From positions 1 to 64,000 of the forward strand of contig JAZDPL010000057.1 of the NCBI GenBank assembly GCA_043797665.1: a stretch of DNA of 64,000 nucleotides, written 5' to 3'. The notes beneath the pieces were generated by a model. The model worked only from the letters and a program-made list of their open reading frames with translations, did no database searches and was not told the origin of the DNA. Positions 1-9,715 of this stretch are shown here, piece by piece. A program made the position numbers and the translations under genes. The first letter of the stretch is position 1. The number at the start of each line of letters is the position of its first letter. The DNA is from Candidatus Omnitrophota bacterium. Lineage in GTDB: Bacteria; Ratteibacteria; UBA8468; MWAK01.

Positions 1-131
1 GATGCCTTGCCTAACTTGGAGAGAATCAGCGTGATGGCACTGGTCAGGGTCGTTTTCCCGTGGTCGACGTGTCCGATGGTACCAACGTTAACGTGCGGTT
101 TTCCCCCGCGATCAAATTTTTCCTTTGCCAT
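1..131 (-). CDS. tuf: Elongation factor Tu, 5' end only (runs off the window start)
   Basis: The reverse complement from ATG at 131 reads [34 protein letters not shown] (P-loop GHVDHGKT). A GAGGA RBS precedes it and tRNA-Thr lies upstream. Absent from the ORF track. Confidence 0.97.
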   Translation of the reverse strand, partial: MAKEKFDRGGKPHVNVGTIGHVDHGKTTLTSAITLILSKLGKA

Positions 132-160
132 AATATCCTCCGTAAAATATCAATTTCCTG

Positions 161-233
161 AGCCCACGACCGGAATCGAACCGGTGACCTCATGCTTACC
201 ATGCATGTGCTCTTCCGACTGAGCTACATGGGC
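161..233 (-). tRNA. tRNA-Thr (GGT), CCA not encoded
   Basis: GCCCATG-TA-GCTC-AGTCGGAA-GAGC-A-CATGC-ATGGTAA-GCATG-AGGTC-ACCGG-TTCGATT-CCGGT-CGTGGGC-T folds as a cloverleaf. This is the classic thrT-tuf arrangement. Confidence 0.97.
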
Positions 234-268
234 ACAATATGAGAGATTTTATTAATGAGCAAACTTTT

Positions 269-297
269 ATTGTAACTCAAATCTTTATAATAGTCAA
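269..297 (-). promoter_or_regulatory. sigma70-type promoter for tRNA-Thr/tuf
   Basis: TTGACT-17nt-TACAAT on the minus strand, ~35 nt upstream of the tRNA and overlapping the rluD 3' end. Confidence 0.7.
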
Positions 298-1155
298 ATC
301 CTGCTGGAGTTTTTCTAAATCCGGCGGTAGTGGGATTGAAAAAGAGAGGGTCTTGCCGGTGGCCGGGTGACGAAAAGACAGGCTGGCGGCATGCAATGCC
401 TGGCGGGCAATCAGACGATTCAAAGGGTTTTCTCCTCCGTAACGTTTATCCCCGATTAAGGGGAACCCTAAAAAATCCATTACCACCCGGATCTGGTGAG
501 TCCGGCCGGTCTTCGGATAGACTTCTACCAGCGAGGCAGACGGGAAGGTCTTTTTGACCCTCACGGTAGTCTGGCTTTCCCTGCCTTTCCGGAATCCGAA
601 GGTCATGGCCGTCCAATCGTCTTCTCTGTGCCTGATGGGAATGATTACGTTCTGTTCGGACCAGGGAATGACTCCCCGGACAAATGCTAAATAACGTTTG
701 GTTACCCGACGTTCGTGGAATTCCTCGCTCAGGAACCGGTGGCTGAGATCGTTTTTGGCGACTACCATCAGGCCGCTGGTCTCTTTGTCCAGACGGTGGA
801 CGATGCCGGGCCGCTGGACGCCGCCTATCCCCGAAAGGTTTTTCAGATGATAGAGTAACGCGTTCACCAGGGTTCCCGAGGTTACCCGGCCGTAAGGATG
901 ACTGACCAGACCCGCGGGTTTGTTAATCACCGCCAGGTCTTCGTCCTGATAAAGAATCTCCAGGGGGATATTTTCGGGTTCAACGTTCGGGGATACCGGA
1001 GAAGGCCAGTCGATAGTGACTGCAACATCCGGAGTGATTCTCTGGTCTTTTTGCGCCGGGGTTCCGTCAATCAATACCCGGCTTTCTTTGATTAACTTCT
1101 GGATATACTGTCGGGAGGTATTGTGTTTCTCTGCCAGAAACTTATCCAACCGCAT
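277..1155 (-). CDS. rluD: RluA/RluD family pseudouridine synthase
   Basis: N-terminal S4-like domain (MRLDKFL), NKPAGL, HRLDKETSG catalytic motif, GRTHQIR, LHA. Confidence 0.93.
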   Translation of the reverse strand: MRLDKFLAEKHNTSRQYIQKLIKESRVLIDGTPAQKDQRITPDVAVTIDWPSPVSPNVEPENIPLEILYQDEDLAVINKPAGLVSHPYGRVTSGTLVNALLYHLKNLSGIGGVQRPGIVHRLDKETSGLMVVAKNDLSHRFLSEEFHERRVTKRYLAFVRGVIPWSEQNVIIPIRHREDDWTAMTFGFRKGRESQTTVRVKKTFPSASLVEVYPKTGRTHQIRVVMDFLGFPLIGDKRYGGENPLNRLIARQALHAASLSFRHPATGKTLSFSIPLPPDLEKLQQDLTIIKI

Positions 1156-2341
1156 AAGAATCAGAATGCGACACGGTGTGTCGTTTGTGGTGGGCGGCCG
1201 CCTCTTTAATCAGTTTCAAACCAATGACGTTCCGCTGAATCTGGCTGGTGCCTTCGTAAATCTGGGTAATCTTGGCGTCCCGCATCATTTTTTCCACCGG
1301 GTACTCCTTCATATATCCGTATCCGCCGAAGAGTTGTACCGCATCCGTGGTTACCTTCATCGCCACCTCCGAGGCAAAGAGTTTACACATCGCGGATTCT
1401 TTTGAGATATCTTTTATGCCGGCATCGTACATCCGGCTGACCGCATAAATCAAAGCCCGTGCTACTTCAATCTGGGTCGCCATATCCGCCAGGATGTGCT
1501 GGACCGCCTGGAAAGAAGAAATGGTCTTTCCAAACTGAACCCGGGTACGCACATACTGAAGGGTTTCGTCCAGGGCGCCCTGGGCAATTCCCAGAGCCTG
1601 GGCGGCTACGCCGGGTCGGGAAGCATCAAATGTTTTCATTGCGGCTATAAATCCTGAGCCTTCTCTTCCCAGGAGGTTCTCTTGGGGAACCCGGCATTCC
1701 TGAAAGACCAGTCCCCGGGTGGCGGATGCCCGGACGCCCATCTTCTTTTCCTTTTTGCCAAAGGTGAAGCCGGGCGTATCTTTTTCTACGATAAAGGCGC
1801 TGGCGCCCCGGGCACCCCGGGACTTATCGGTCATCGCAACTACGACGTAAATTTCTGCTTCACCGCCGTTGGTAATCCACTGTTTGGTTCCGTTAAGGAC
1901 ATAGCCGTCACCATCTTTTGCCGCGGTGGTTTCAATACCCGCCGCATCACTGCCCGCGTTGGCTTCGGTCAGGGCAAAGGCAGCCAGAGATTTACCTTTG
2001 GCGATCCGGGGCAGGTATTTTTTCTTTTGTTCTTCGTTGCCGAAGAGGAGAATCGGAAAGGTCCCCAAGCCGGTACCGGCTAAAGAGAGTTCAATGCCAC
2101 TGCAGAACCGGGATAGTTCCTCAATGGCGATAGAAAGTTCCATAATACCGTATCCCAGACCGCCGTACTCGTTAGGGATAAATATACCCATCAGGTCGCT
2201 CTCCGCGAAGATCTTCACAATCTCCCAGGGAAACTCTTCGGTCTCGTCGTAGTGGCTGCGTACCGGCTTAATCTTCTCTTCGCCTATTTTCCGGCACAAG
2301 GCCTGAATCATCTTCTGTTCTTCGGTTAAAAGGTAATCCAT
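1142..2341 (-). CDS. Acyl-CoA dehydrogenase (short-chain/butyryl type)
   Basis: FALTEANAGSDA, NGTKQWITNG, KMGVRASAT, QLFGGYGY and IYEGTSQIQR signatures. Confidence 0.95.
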   Translation of the reverse strand: MDYLLTEEQKMIQALCRKIGEEKIKPVRSHYDETEEFPWEIVKIFAESDLMGIFIPNEYGGLGYGIMELSIAIEELSRFCSGIELSLAGTGLGTFPILLFGNEEQKKKYLPRIAKGKSLAAFALTEANAGSDAAGIETTAAKDGDGYVLNGTKQWITNGGEAEIYVVVAMTDKSRGARGASAFIVEKDTPGFTFGKKEKKMGVRASATRGLVFQECRVPQENLLGREGSGFIAAMKTFDASRPGVAAQALGIAQGALDETLQYVRTRVQFGKTISSFQAVQHILADMATQIEVARALIYAVSRMYDAGIKDISKESAMCKLFASEVAMKVTTDAVQLFGGYGYMKEYPVEKMMRDAKITQIYEGTSQIQRNVIGLKLIKEAAAHHKRHTVSHSDSYAVG

Positions 2342-2350
2342 ATTTTCTCC

Positions 2351-3181
2351 TTATTTCACGGTACTCCGGGTTTCCCAGCCGGCGGTGTCCGGTGAGGTCA
2401 GGGAAAGAAAGTCGTCGGTCTCCTGTGCTCCTTCCGGAGGGGTGAAGGTGAAGACCACCGAAGGAATCGGTTCGTTCACCTTAACCTCCTTGTGGGTCTC
2501 TGCTACGATTATCTTCCTGTCGTCGGCAGGAAGAGATGTTTTTTCCGTTTCACCGGCAGTGTCCCTGACTTTTGAGACGTCCACTTCCACACGAATCTTT
2601 CTTATTAAATAATTTGTAGCGTCAATCCAGAGGTCTATTATTCCTCCTTTTTGCTCAAGGCGGAGGTGACGTGTCTTCGTTCCATCTAAATTTTCTTCAC
2701 CCAGTACCCGAATCTTTTCAACTCCCTCGGTCAACTCCTGATAGGGATTTGCTTTTAATAATCCCAGGAACCCGTAGAGGCTGCAGTTGTCACCCTGAGC
2801 CATTAAATCCGGACCAAGTACCTCCGCGAACATTTCAAAATCCTCGGGTGCGTCTTTCACGGTATATTTCCCGGATGCGGGCAGATAGACATAAATCCTT
2901 TTACCGTCAGAGATTAAGGTAATTCCCGACATCACCGACCGGGTCAGTAAGGCTAATCTGTTGGGACGTTCCACTGCCAGAGTAGAGCGGGTTGAGACGG
3001 TTTTTCCCATCTCCATAGTCGTAAGGACCACTGCCTGGTAGGTCTTAAGTCCCCGGTATGCCCGGGCTGTTTCCTGAAGGATATCTTCTCCGGAACCGGC
3101 TTTTGGCGCGCACCACAATAAAGGAGAAGAGAACCCCAGAAGTACAAAAAGAATTAACGTTCTTTTCGGAAACCGCATCAT
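2351..3181 (-). CDS. Exported LolA-like / DUF2092-like protein
   Basis: Signal peptide after MMRFPKR, then ERPNRL, ISDGKRIYVY, LWID, FTFTPPEGA (LolA-fold pattern). The longer ORF-track start at 3259 lies inside a palindromic repeat. Confidence 0.7.
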   Translation of the reverse strand: MMRFPKRTLILFVLLGFSSPLLWCAPKAGSGEDILQETARAYRGLKTYQAVVLTTMEMGKTVSTRSTLAVERPNRLALLTRSVMSGITLISDGKRIYVYLPASGKYTVKDAPEDFEMFAEVLGPDLMAQGDNCSLYGFLGLLKANPYQELTEGVEKIRVLGEENLDGTKTRHLRLEQKGGIIDLWIDATNYLIRKIRVEVDVSKVRDTAGETEKTSLPADDRKIIVAETHKEVKVNEPIPSVVFTFTPPEGAQETDDFLSLTSPDTAGWETRSTVK

Positions 3182-3217
3182 TAAAGAATTTAATGCGAAC
3201 GAATTAAATATTTTGAC

Positions 3218-3267
3218 GTAGGGGTCGGATTTATCCGACCCGCGGGCTTGATTAATCAAGCCCCTAC
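3218..3267. repeat. GTAG-type REP doublet (REPIN-like), copy 1
   Basis: GTAGGGGTCGGATTTATCCGACCCG-CGGGCTTGATTAATCAAGCCCCTAC: two inverted 25-nt hairpin units. Confidence 0.9.
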
Positions 3268-3283
3268 AAGTATTGATGTCATT

Positions 3284-4528
3284 TCATTCTGTTTTTTTAA
3301 CGACGAGGACCGCGTTGTGGCCCCCAAAACCAAAAGAACTGGAGAGCGCAGTCCGTAAGGGTAAGGACCGGCTTTGATTAGGTACATAATCCAGATTACA
3401 GTCCGGGTCGGGCGTTTCGTAGTTGATGGTCGGCGGAACAACATTGTCCCGGAGCGCCAAACAGCAGAAAGCTAATTCCGCCGCGCCGGCTGCACCTAAC
3501 ATATGCCCGGTCATTGACTTGGTGGAACTGACGGGAATCTCTTTTGCTTTCTCACCAAAGACCTTTTTAATCGCCTTTGTCTCCACCAGATCGTTCCAGT
3601 TGGTGGAAGTACCGTGGGCGTTGATATAATCAATTTCCTCCGGTTTCAAATCCGCATCCTGTAAGGCAGATTCCATCGCCAGAGCCATACCGGTCCCTTC
3701 CGGGTCAGGAGCGGTGATGTGATAAGCGTCGGCGCTGGCACCGTAACCGGACAGTTCCGCATAAATCTTGGCATTCCGCCTCCGGGCATGCTCCAATTCT
3801 TCCAGTATCAGGATACCGGCGCCTTCGGCCATGACAAATCCGTCCCGGTCTTTCTCAAAAGGCCGGCTGGCTCTCTGCGGTTGGTCGTTCCGGGTGGAGA
3901 GCGCCTTCATACTGCAGAACCCGCCTAATCCTAACGGCGTGATGCAGGATTCCGTGCCGCCGGCAATCATCAGGTCAGACTTCCCGGTCCTGATTTCTCT
4001 CAGTGCCACGCCTACAGCATGCGCACCTGAGGCGCAGGCAGAGACCGTGGCAAAGTTGGGTCCCTTAAATCGGAAAAGCATCGCCACCCGTCCGGCCGCG
4101 ATATCCGGGATGAGCATCGGAATGAGAAAAGGGGAAATGCGGCCGGGCCCGGCGTTCAGGAGATTTTTGTGTTCCGCTTCAATCACCCGCAAACCGCCGA
4201 TTCCGGAACCGATAATGACGCCGGCCCGGCAGGCCGGAAGCGTTTCCGGTGTCAGGTCCGCATCATCTGCGGCCTCTTTTGCCGCAGCCAGGGCATATTG
4301 AACAAACCGGTCCAGGCGCCGCGCCTCTTTCTTATCCAGAAAGTCCGGAGTGATGAAACCTTTAACTTCACCCGCGATTCGGGAATCAAAGGAGGCCGGG
4401 TCAAAAGCGGTGACTGGCGCAATACCACTCCGACCGGCAATAATTGCTTTCCAGGTGTCACCTACATTACAACCCACCGGTGTTACCAGCCCCAGACCGG
4501 TAATCACCACTCGACGTTGAAAATTCAT
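3284..4528 (-). CDS. fabF: Beta-ketoacyl-ACP synthase II
   Basis: RRVVITGLG, SACASG catalytic Cys, NAHGTST, GHMLGAAG, SFGFGGHN. Downstream of acpP. Confidence 0.97.
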   Translation of the reverse strand: MNFQRRVVITGLGLVTPVGCNVGDTWKAIIAGRSGIAPVTAFDPASFDSRIAGEVKGFITPDFLDKKEARRLDRFVQYALAAAKEAADDADLTPETLPACRAGVIIGSGIGGLRVIEAEHKNLLNAGPGRISPFLIPMLIPDIAAGRVAMLFRFKGPNFATVSACASGAHAVGVALREIRTGKSDLMIAGGTESCITPLGLGGFCSMKALSTRNDQPQRASRPFEKDRDGFVMAEGAGILILEELEHARRRNAKIYAELSGYGASADAYHITAPDPEGTGMALAMESALQDADLKPEEIDYINAHGTSTNWNDLVETKAIKKVFGEKAKEIPVSSTKSMTGHMLGAAGAAELAFCCLALRDNVVPPTINYETPDPDCNLDYVPNQSRSLPLRTALSSSFGFGGHNAVLVVKKTE

Positions 4529-4544
4529 TATTTATTTTCCCGGG

Positions 4545-4787
4545 CTACCCCTTCTTTGAAGCGATGTAATTTACCGCATCACCGACCGTGCGAATTTTCT
4601 CCGCGTCGTCATCCGGGATTTCCAGACCAAACTTCTCCTCAAATGCCATAACCAGTTCCACCGTGTCCAGACTATCCGCACCCAGGTCATCAACGAAGGA
4701 TGCGTTTTCCGTGACTTCGCCGGCATCCACACCCAACTGTTCCACCACCACTTCCTTGACAACCTTTTCAATTTCGTTCTTCGTCAT
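4545..4787 (-). CDS. acpP: Acyl carrier protein
   Basis: [21 protein letters not shown] phosphopantetheine motif. Confidence 0.98.
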   Translation of the reverse strand: MTKNEIEKVVKEVVVEQLGVDAGEVTENASFVDDLGADSLDTVELVMAFEEKFGLEIPDDDAEKIRTVGDAVNYIASKKG

Positions 4788-4849
4788 CGTCCTCCTCCAA
4801 TCGTCATTCCCGTATGTAGCAAACGGAAATCCATAAGTTTTTTATTATA

Positions 4850-5584
4850 TTACATTGCGAAACCGCCGTCAATCCGCAAGACCTCTCCGGTGACGTAACC
4901 GGAAAGGGAAGAGGCAAAGAACAGTGCCCCTTTGGCGACGTCCTCCGGCTGGCCTAAACCGGCTAAGGGAATCATCTTGAGTATTTCATTCTTCTGTTCC
5001 GGAGTAAGTCTTTCGGTCATCGGAGTCTGGATGTAGCCGGGTGCCAGGGCGTTGACCCGGATGCCAAACCGGGCAAATTCCCGGGCGGCGGATTTGGTTA
5101 AACCGATTAACCCGGCCTTGGAGGCGCCGTAATTTGCCTGACCGGCGTTTCCGCGCAAGCCGATGACTGAAGAGATATTGACCACTGCACCTCCGCGTTT
5201 CTTTGCCATCAGCTTGCCCACCACCTTGAGACAGTGGAAGGCGCCGTAGAGATTTACTTTCAATACCGAGTCCCATTCCTCCGGTTTCATCCGGAAAATG
5301 AGGTTATCCCGGGTGATGCCGGCGTTATTAATCAAAACATCGATTTTGCCCATCTTATTTTCCGCTTCCTTCACCGCAGTTTCCACTGCGTCTAAATCAG
5401 AAATATCCAGAGTGGAACCGAGGACTTTTTTCCCCAGGCTGATTATTTCCGAGGCTAAATTATCCACCGGTACCAGGTCCCACAAGATAAGGTCTGAACC
5501 TTCGCGGGCAAAGAGCCGGGCTATCGCGGCGCCGATTCCACCGGCGGCTCCGGTAATTAAAGTTACTTTATCTTGCAGTAACAT
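4850..5584 (-). CDS. fabG: 3-oxoacyl-ACP reductase
   Basis: TGAAGGIG, NNAGITRD, YGASK, upstream of acpP. Start at 5584 chosen for its RBS-like AAGGTGG. Confidence 0.93.
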   Translation of the reverse strand: MLLQDKVTLITGAAGGIGAAIARLFAREGSDLILWDLVPVDNLASEIISLGKKVLGSTLDISDLDAVETAVKEAENKMGKIDVLINNAGITRDNLIFRMKPEEWDSVLKVNLYGAFHCLKVVGKLMAKKRGGAVVNISSVIGLRGNAGQANYGASKAGLIGLTKSAAREFARFGIRVNALAPGYIQTPMTERLTPEQKNEILKMIPLAGLGQPEDVAKGALFFASSLSGYVTGEVLRIDGGFAM

Positions 5585-5613
5585 ATTTGCCCACCTTTTT
5601 GTCATAAATAATT

Positions 5614-5663
5614 GTAGGGGCTTGATTTATCAAGCCCGCGGGCGCCATGAATGGCGCCCCTAC
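5614..5663. repeat. GTAG-type REP doublet, copy 2
   Basis: GTAGGGGCTTGATTTATCAAGCCCG-CGGGCGCCATGAATGGCGCCCCTAC. Confidence 0.9.
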
Positions 5664-5687
5664 GTTACATTATTTAATACGTTCGTG

Positions 5688-5951
5688 TTATATAAATTTA
5701 AGATAATAAATGGTGGCGCCAATCATCCCTAAAAGTGCCATCAGGTTCAACCGGAACTGGATTCCAAAGGTGAGTTTCAGGAATATCAGGTTAATTTCAC
5801 CCGGTCCAAAAGACGGAATGGCGGTAGCGGTAAAGAACTGATAAACCGCAGACTGGGAACCGACCAGAACCCCGATTATCTCGCCGACCGCACTTCCAAT
5901 TAAAGCGGATACCAGTAACAGGAGCAGAAAAGAACCGACACCTTTTTTCAT
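5688..5951 (-). CDS. Small membrane protein (DUF4321-like)
   Basis: 87 aa with two hydrophobic segments and the INLIFLKLTFGIQFRLN pattern. Its start overlaps the trpD stop (ATGA). Confidence 0.7.
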   Translation of the reverse strand: MKKGVGSFLLLLLVSALIGSAVGEIIGVLVGSQSAVYQFFTATAIPSFGPGEINLIFLKLTFGIQFRLNLMALLGMIGATIYYLKFI

Positions 5952-7000
5952 TGTCTATTGGTGAAATCAATAAGAGCCTGGAGTTTGTCTAAAGCCTTAC
6001 CGGAGTCAATCACTTCTTCCGCGTATCCAACACCTTCTTTCCAGTTTTTTACCTTGCCGGCAGCCAGAAAGGCGGCCGCTGAATTCATAAGGACGACGTT
6101 GGCCGGGGCGCCTTTCTTCCCTTTCATGACGGCCAGGATTATCTCTGCGTTATCCTCCGCGGTCCCACCCCGGATATCATCCAGGTCTGCCCGGGGCAGA
6201 CCAAAATCTTCCGGCTGAACCGGGTAGTTGGTAACTTCGCCTTCTTTTAACTGAGAGATGTTCGTTTTTCCGACGATACTGATTTCATCAAGGATACCTT
6301 CACCGCAGACGACCAGGGCGCTCCGGCTGCCTAAATTAGCCAGGACGTTGGCTATCTTTTCGGTCAGGTCCGCTTCGTAGACACCCAGAACCTGGACGTT
6401 GGCACCCGCCGGGTTGGTTAAAGGTCCCAGGAGGTTAAAGATGGTCCGGATACCCATCTGAACCCGAACCGGCAGGGCGAATTTCATCGCGCTGTGGTAC
6501 AGAGGCGCAAAGAGAAATCCGATTCCGACCTTATGGAGGCTTTCCCTTACTTTTTCCGGAGTAATGTCAATGTTGACCCCTAAACAACGGACCACGTCCG
6601 CGCTTCCGCATCGGCTGGAGACCGAACGGTTACCGTGTTTGGCGACCAGATACCCTCCGCCCGCCACCACAAAGGCGGTTGCGGTAGAGATATTAAAGGT
6701 ATTGGTACCGTCACCGCCGGTACCGCAGGTATCCACAATCGTCTCCCGGTCAACGTTGATGTCGTCCCGGTCTAAACCGACGGCGTCCTTATCAATTTCA
6801 ATCCGCAGAGCCTTGGCACGCATCACCCTGGCGCATCCGGTGATTTCCGCCACGGTCTCACCCTTCATCCGCAGACCCATCAGAAAAGCCGCGATTTGAG
6901 CCTCGGTGGCTCTGCCCTCCATAATTTCGGTCATCGCAGAAACCGCTTCTTCTTCGGAGAGGTCTTCTGCCTTTGCCAGTTTCGCAATAATTTCTTTCAT
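5948..7000 (-). CDS. trpD: Anthranilate phosphoribosyltransferase
   Basis: DTCGTGGDGTNTFNIST, KHGNRSVSSRCGSAD, RTIFNLLGPLTNP. The ATG at 7024 overlaps the predicted -10 box, so 7000 is preferred. Confidence 0.96.
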   Translation of the reverse strand: MKEIIAKLAKAEDLSEEEAVSAMTEIMEGRATEAQIAAFLMGLRMKGETVAEITGCARVMRAKALRIEIDKDAVGLDRDDINVDRETIVDTCGTGGDGTNTFNISTATAFVVAGGGYLVAKHGNRSVSSRCGSADVVRCLGVNIDITPEKVRESLHKVGIGFLFAPLYHSAMKFALPVRVQMGIRTIFNLLGPLTNPAGANVQVLGVYEADLTEKIANVLANLGSRSALVVCGEGILDEISIVGKTNISQLKEGEVTNYPVQPEDFGLPRADLDDIRGGTAEDNAEIILAVMKGKKGAPANVVLMNSAAAFLAAGKVKNWKEGVGYAEEVIDSGKALDKLQALIDFTNRQ

Positions 7001-7022
7001 CTGTTTTAGAGGCAACCCTTTC

Positions 7023-7052
7023 ATCTTACCACCACCCCCGAAAATAAGTCAA
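7023..7052 (-). promoter_or_regulatory. Promoter for trpD
   Basis: TTGACT-18nt-TAAGAT with TGG immediately upstream of the -10. Confidence 0.55.
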
Positions 7053-7061
7053 AAAATTGTA

Positions 7062-7164
7062 GGGGTCCCGTCTTCGGGTCATTGCGGCGTTGCTCCTCGG
7101 TTATGTGCCACAGTGGGCACAAAACCTTTGTCGTGCCTTGCACTGACCTTAAATATGGGACTCC
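7062..7164. repeat. ~100-nt rod-like palindromic element (MITE-like) between divergent promoters
   Basis: GGGGTCCC/GGGACTCC ends, GGTCA/TGACC and an inner TGTGCC-ACAGTG-GGCACA hairpin. Confidence 0.5.
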
Positions 7165-7212
7165 AAATAGTCAACTTTATTCTGTTACAACCCCCATGGT
7201 ATAATAGTTGGG

Positions 7213-8508
7213 ATGGAAAAAGTGGGTGTAGGGGTGATTGGGTTCGGTACCGTGGGTACCGGTGTGGTCAAGGTCCTTCTGCAACGGAAGAACCTTCTGG
7301 CACAGCGCAGCGGTTTTTTGCCGGAACTCCTGGCGGTCTGCGATATTGACCTGAAAAGACGACGGCTGATTCCTGTTCCCTCCAAAATTCTAACCACGGA
7401 TGTCGCCGCGGTCCTGAATAATCCTGAAATCAAAATTGTGGTGGAACTGGTCGGCGGAATAGAACCCGCCGGTTCTCTCATTCTGGAGGCACTGAAGAGA
7501 GGGAAATCGGTCATTACTGCCAACAAAGCCCTTCTGGCAGAAAAGGGTGACCGGATATTCGCCGCCGCGGAAAAGTTTGGCTGCCACGTCGGTTTTGAGG
7601 GTTCGGTCGGTGGCGCCATACCCATCATTAAATCATTGCGCGAAAGTTTCGTGGCTGACCGCATTACCTCCCTTTACGGAATTCTCAACGGCACCACAAA
7701 CTTCATCCTTACCCGGATGGCAGAAGACAGAATCTCTTTAGAAAAAGCACTTAAAATTGCTCAAAACGCCGGTTTTGCCGAAAGAAACTCGTCCCTTGAT
7801 CTTTCCGGCCTGGATTCTTCCCACAAACTTTCGGTTCTGGCGACTCTGATTACCGGAAAGTTCTTCCCGGCGTCGGATATTCTGACCGAAGGGATTGCCG
7901 GAATTACCTTAGAGGACTTACAATACGCTGACGAATTGGGCTATGGTGTCAAACTCCTCTCCATTTTGCGGCGTGACAGAGAAGGGACCGGTCTGGCGAC
8001 CTATCCGGCTTTAATCCCTAAACAGCATCTGCTCAGTTCTATCCGCGACGTCTATAACGCCATCTATCTCACCGGTGATTTAATCGGTGAAAGTCTCCTC
8101 TTCGGCAAGGGTGCGGGGATGGACCCGACCGCCAGCAGTGTGGTGAGCGACATTGTGTCTATCGGAAAGGATATTATCCACCGCACCGCACCGGCTCCCT
8201 TACCGTATTACAGCCATAGAGCGCAGAAAGTATCTTCAGGAGAACGAATAGCCCGTTACTATCTCCGTTTCACCGCGTTGGACCAGCCGGGCGTTTTAGC
8301 CAAAGTTTCTGCGGTTTTGGGGAAATTCGGTATCAGTATCGCCTCCTGTATCCAGATGACCGAGTCGCGGCCCAGGAAGGCGGTCCCGGTGGTCTTCCTT
8401 TCGCATAAAGCCAGAGAGAGCGCGGTGCAAAAAGCGATAACCATAATAGATGGATTACCGGTAATCAAAGCCAAAACGGTCTTGATGCGCTTAGCCTTCG
8501 ACGAATAG
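7213..8508 (+). CDS. hom: Homoserine dehydrogenase with C-terminal ACT domain
   Basis: GFGTVGTGV, TANKA, EGSVGGAIPII, GILNGTTNFIL, C-terminal DQPGVLAKV. Confidence 0.96.
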   Translation: MEKVGVGVIGFGTVGTGVVKVLLQRKNLLAQRSGFLPELLAVCDIDLKRRRLIPVPSKILTTDVAAVLNNPEIKIVVELVGGIEPAGSLILEALKRGKSVITANKALLAEKGDRIFAAAEKFGCHVGFEGSVGGAIPIIKSLRESFVADRITSLYGILNGTTNFILTRMAEDRISLEKALKIAQNAGFAERNSSLDLSGLDSSHKLSVLATLITGKFFPASDILTEGIAGITLEDLQYADELGYGVKLLSILRRDREGTGLATYPALIPKQHLLSSIRDVYNAIYLTGDLIGESLLFGKGAGMDPTASSVVSDIVSIGKDIIHRTAPAPLPYYSHRAQKVSSGERIARYYLRFTALDQPGVLAKVSAVLGKFGISIASCIQMTESRPRKAVPVVFLSHKARESAVQKAITIIDGLPVIKAKTVLMRLAFDE

Positions 8509-8591
8509 GGATGCCATTCATGGCGCCCGCGGGCTCGATGAATCGAGCCCCTACAGGAATAAATTTGTAGGGGTCGGATTTATCCGACCCG
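8505..8591. repeat. GTAG-type REP doublet (8505-8554) plus single unit (8567-8591)
   Basis: ATAGGGATGCCATTCATGGCGCCCG-CGGGCTCGATGAATCGAGCCCCTAC and GTAGGGGTCGGATTTATCCGACCCG. The TAG of the repeat is the hom stop codon. Confidence 0.88.
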
Positions 8592-8604
8592 AAATAAACG
8601 GGTT

Positions 8605-9663
8605 ATGGATATCAGTCAATACAAAGGGGTGATTGAACGGTACCGCAAATACCTGCCGGTCAGCGAAAAGACGCCGGTGGTTACCCTTCTGGAAGGTAAC
8701 ACCCCGCTTATCCCTTCCGTCTCATTGGGGAAGAGGATTGGCTTGCGGCTCTATTTTAAGTTTGAAGGCGCTAACCCTACCGGTTCCTTTAAGGACCGGG
8801 GGATGACCCTGGCAATCTCCAAGGCAATGGAAGAGGGGAAGAATTCGGTAATCTGCGCCTCTACCGGAAACACTTCTGCCTCGGCGGCTGCTTACGCGGC
8901 CCGGGCCGGGTTGAAAGCGCTGGTCATCGTTCCGGAGGGTAAGATTGCCCTGGGCAAATTAGCCCAGGCATTAATTTACAATGCCAGGGTTGTCCAGATT
9001 AAGGGCAATTTTGATACCGCGCTCAAATTAGTCCGGGAAATCTGCGGAATCTATCCGGTTGCTCTGGTCAATTCGGTCAACCCTTTTCGGATTGAAGGCC
9101 AGAAAACCGCATCCTTTGAAATCATAGACACGCTGGGTGAGGCGCCGGAATATCATGTTTTACCGGTAGGCAACGCCGGCAACATTACCGCTTACTGGAA
9201 AGGGTATCAGGAGTACCATCGGTTGGGTAAAGCCGGGAGTTTGCCGAAGATGTTGGGGTTTCAGGCGGAAGGTTCTGCGCCCATTGTTCTGGGGCATCCG
9301 GTGGAAAAGCCGGAGACGGTTGCCACCGCCATCCGGATTGGCAACCCGGCAAGTTGGAAGACCGCGGTCTCTGCCCGGGACGAATCCGGGGGAAGAATTG
9401 AAACGGTGAGCGATACCGAGATTATAGAAGGTTCCAAGCGTTTAGCCGGAGAAGAGGGCATATTTGCGGAACCGGCCTCAGCCGCCTCAGTGGCTGGTAT
9501 CTGGAAATTAGCCCGGGCCGGATACTTCCCGAAAGATGCTCTGGTTGTGTCCATCCTTACCGGCCACGGCCTGAAGGACCCGGAGTTTGCCTTAAGGGAG
9601 TGCCGTCTGGGTGAAGCGCTCCCCCCGGATTTAAAGACCGTCGCCTCTGCCTGTGGTTTGTAA
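8605..9663 (+). CDS. thrC: Threonine synthase
   Basis: EGANPTGSFKDRG PLP lysine motif, CASTGNTSAS, TGHGLKDP. Follows hom. Confidence 0.97.
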   Translation: MDISQYKGVIERYRKYLPVSEKTPVVTLLEGNTPLIPSVSLGKRIGLRLYFKFEGANPTGSFKDRGMTLAISKAMEEGKNSVICASTGNTSASAAAYAARAGLKALVIVPEGKIALGKLAQALIYNARVVQIKGNFDTALKLVREICGIYPVALVNSVNPFRIEGQKTASFEIIDTLGEAPEYHVLPVGNAGNITAYWKGYQEYHRLGKAGSLPKMLGFQAEGSAPIVLGHPVEKPETVATAIRIGNPASWKTAVSARDESGGRIETVSDTEIIEGSKRLAGEEGIFAEPASAASVAGIWKLARAGYFPKDALVVSILTGHGLKDPEFALRECRLGEALPPDLKTVASACGL

Positions 9664-9715
9664 CGAACAAACCACAAAAACATCTAATTAAACGGACCAT
9701 AACGAAGGAGAACCA

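Noticed and set aside
7..222. 71-aa plus-strand ORF
   Set aside because: Antisense to tuf and tRNA-Thr.
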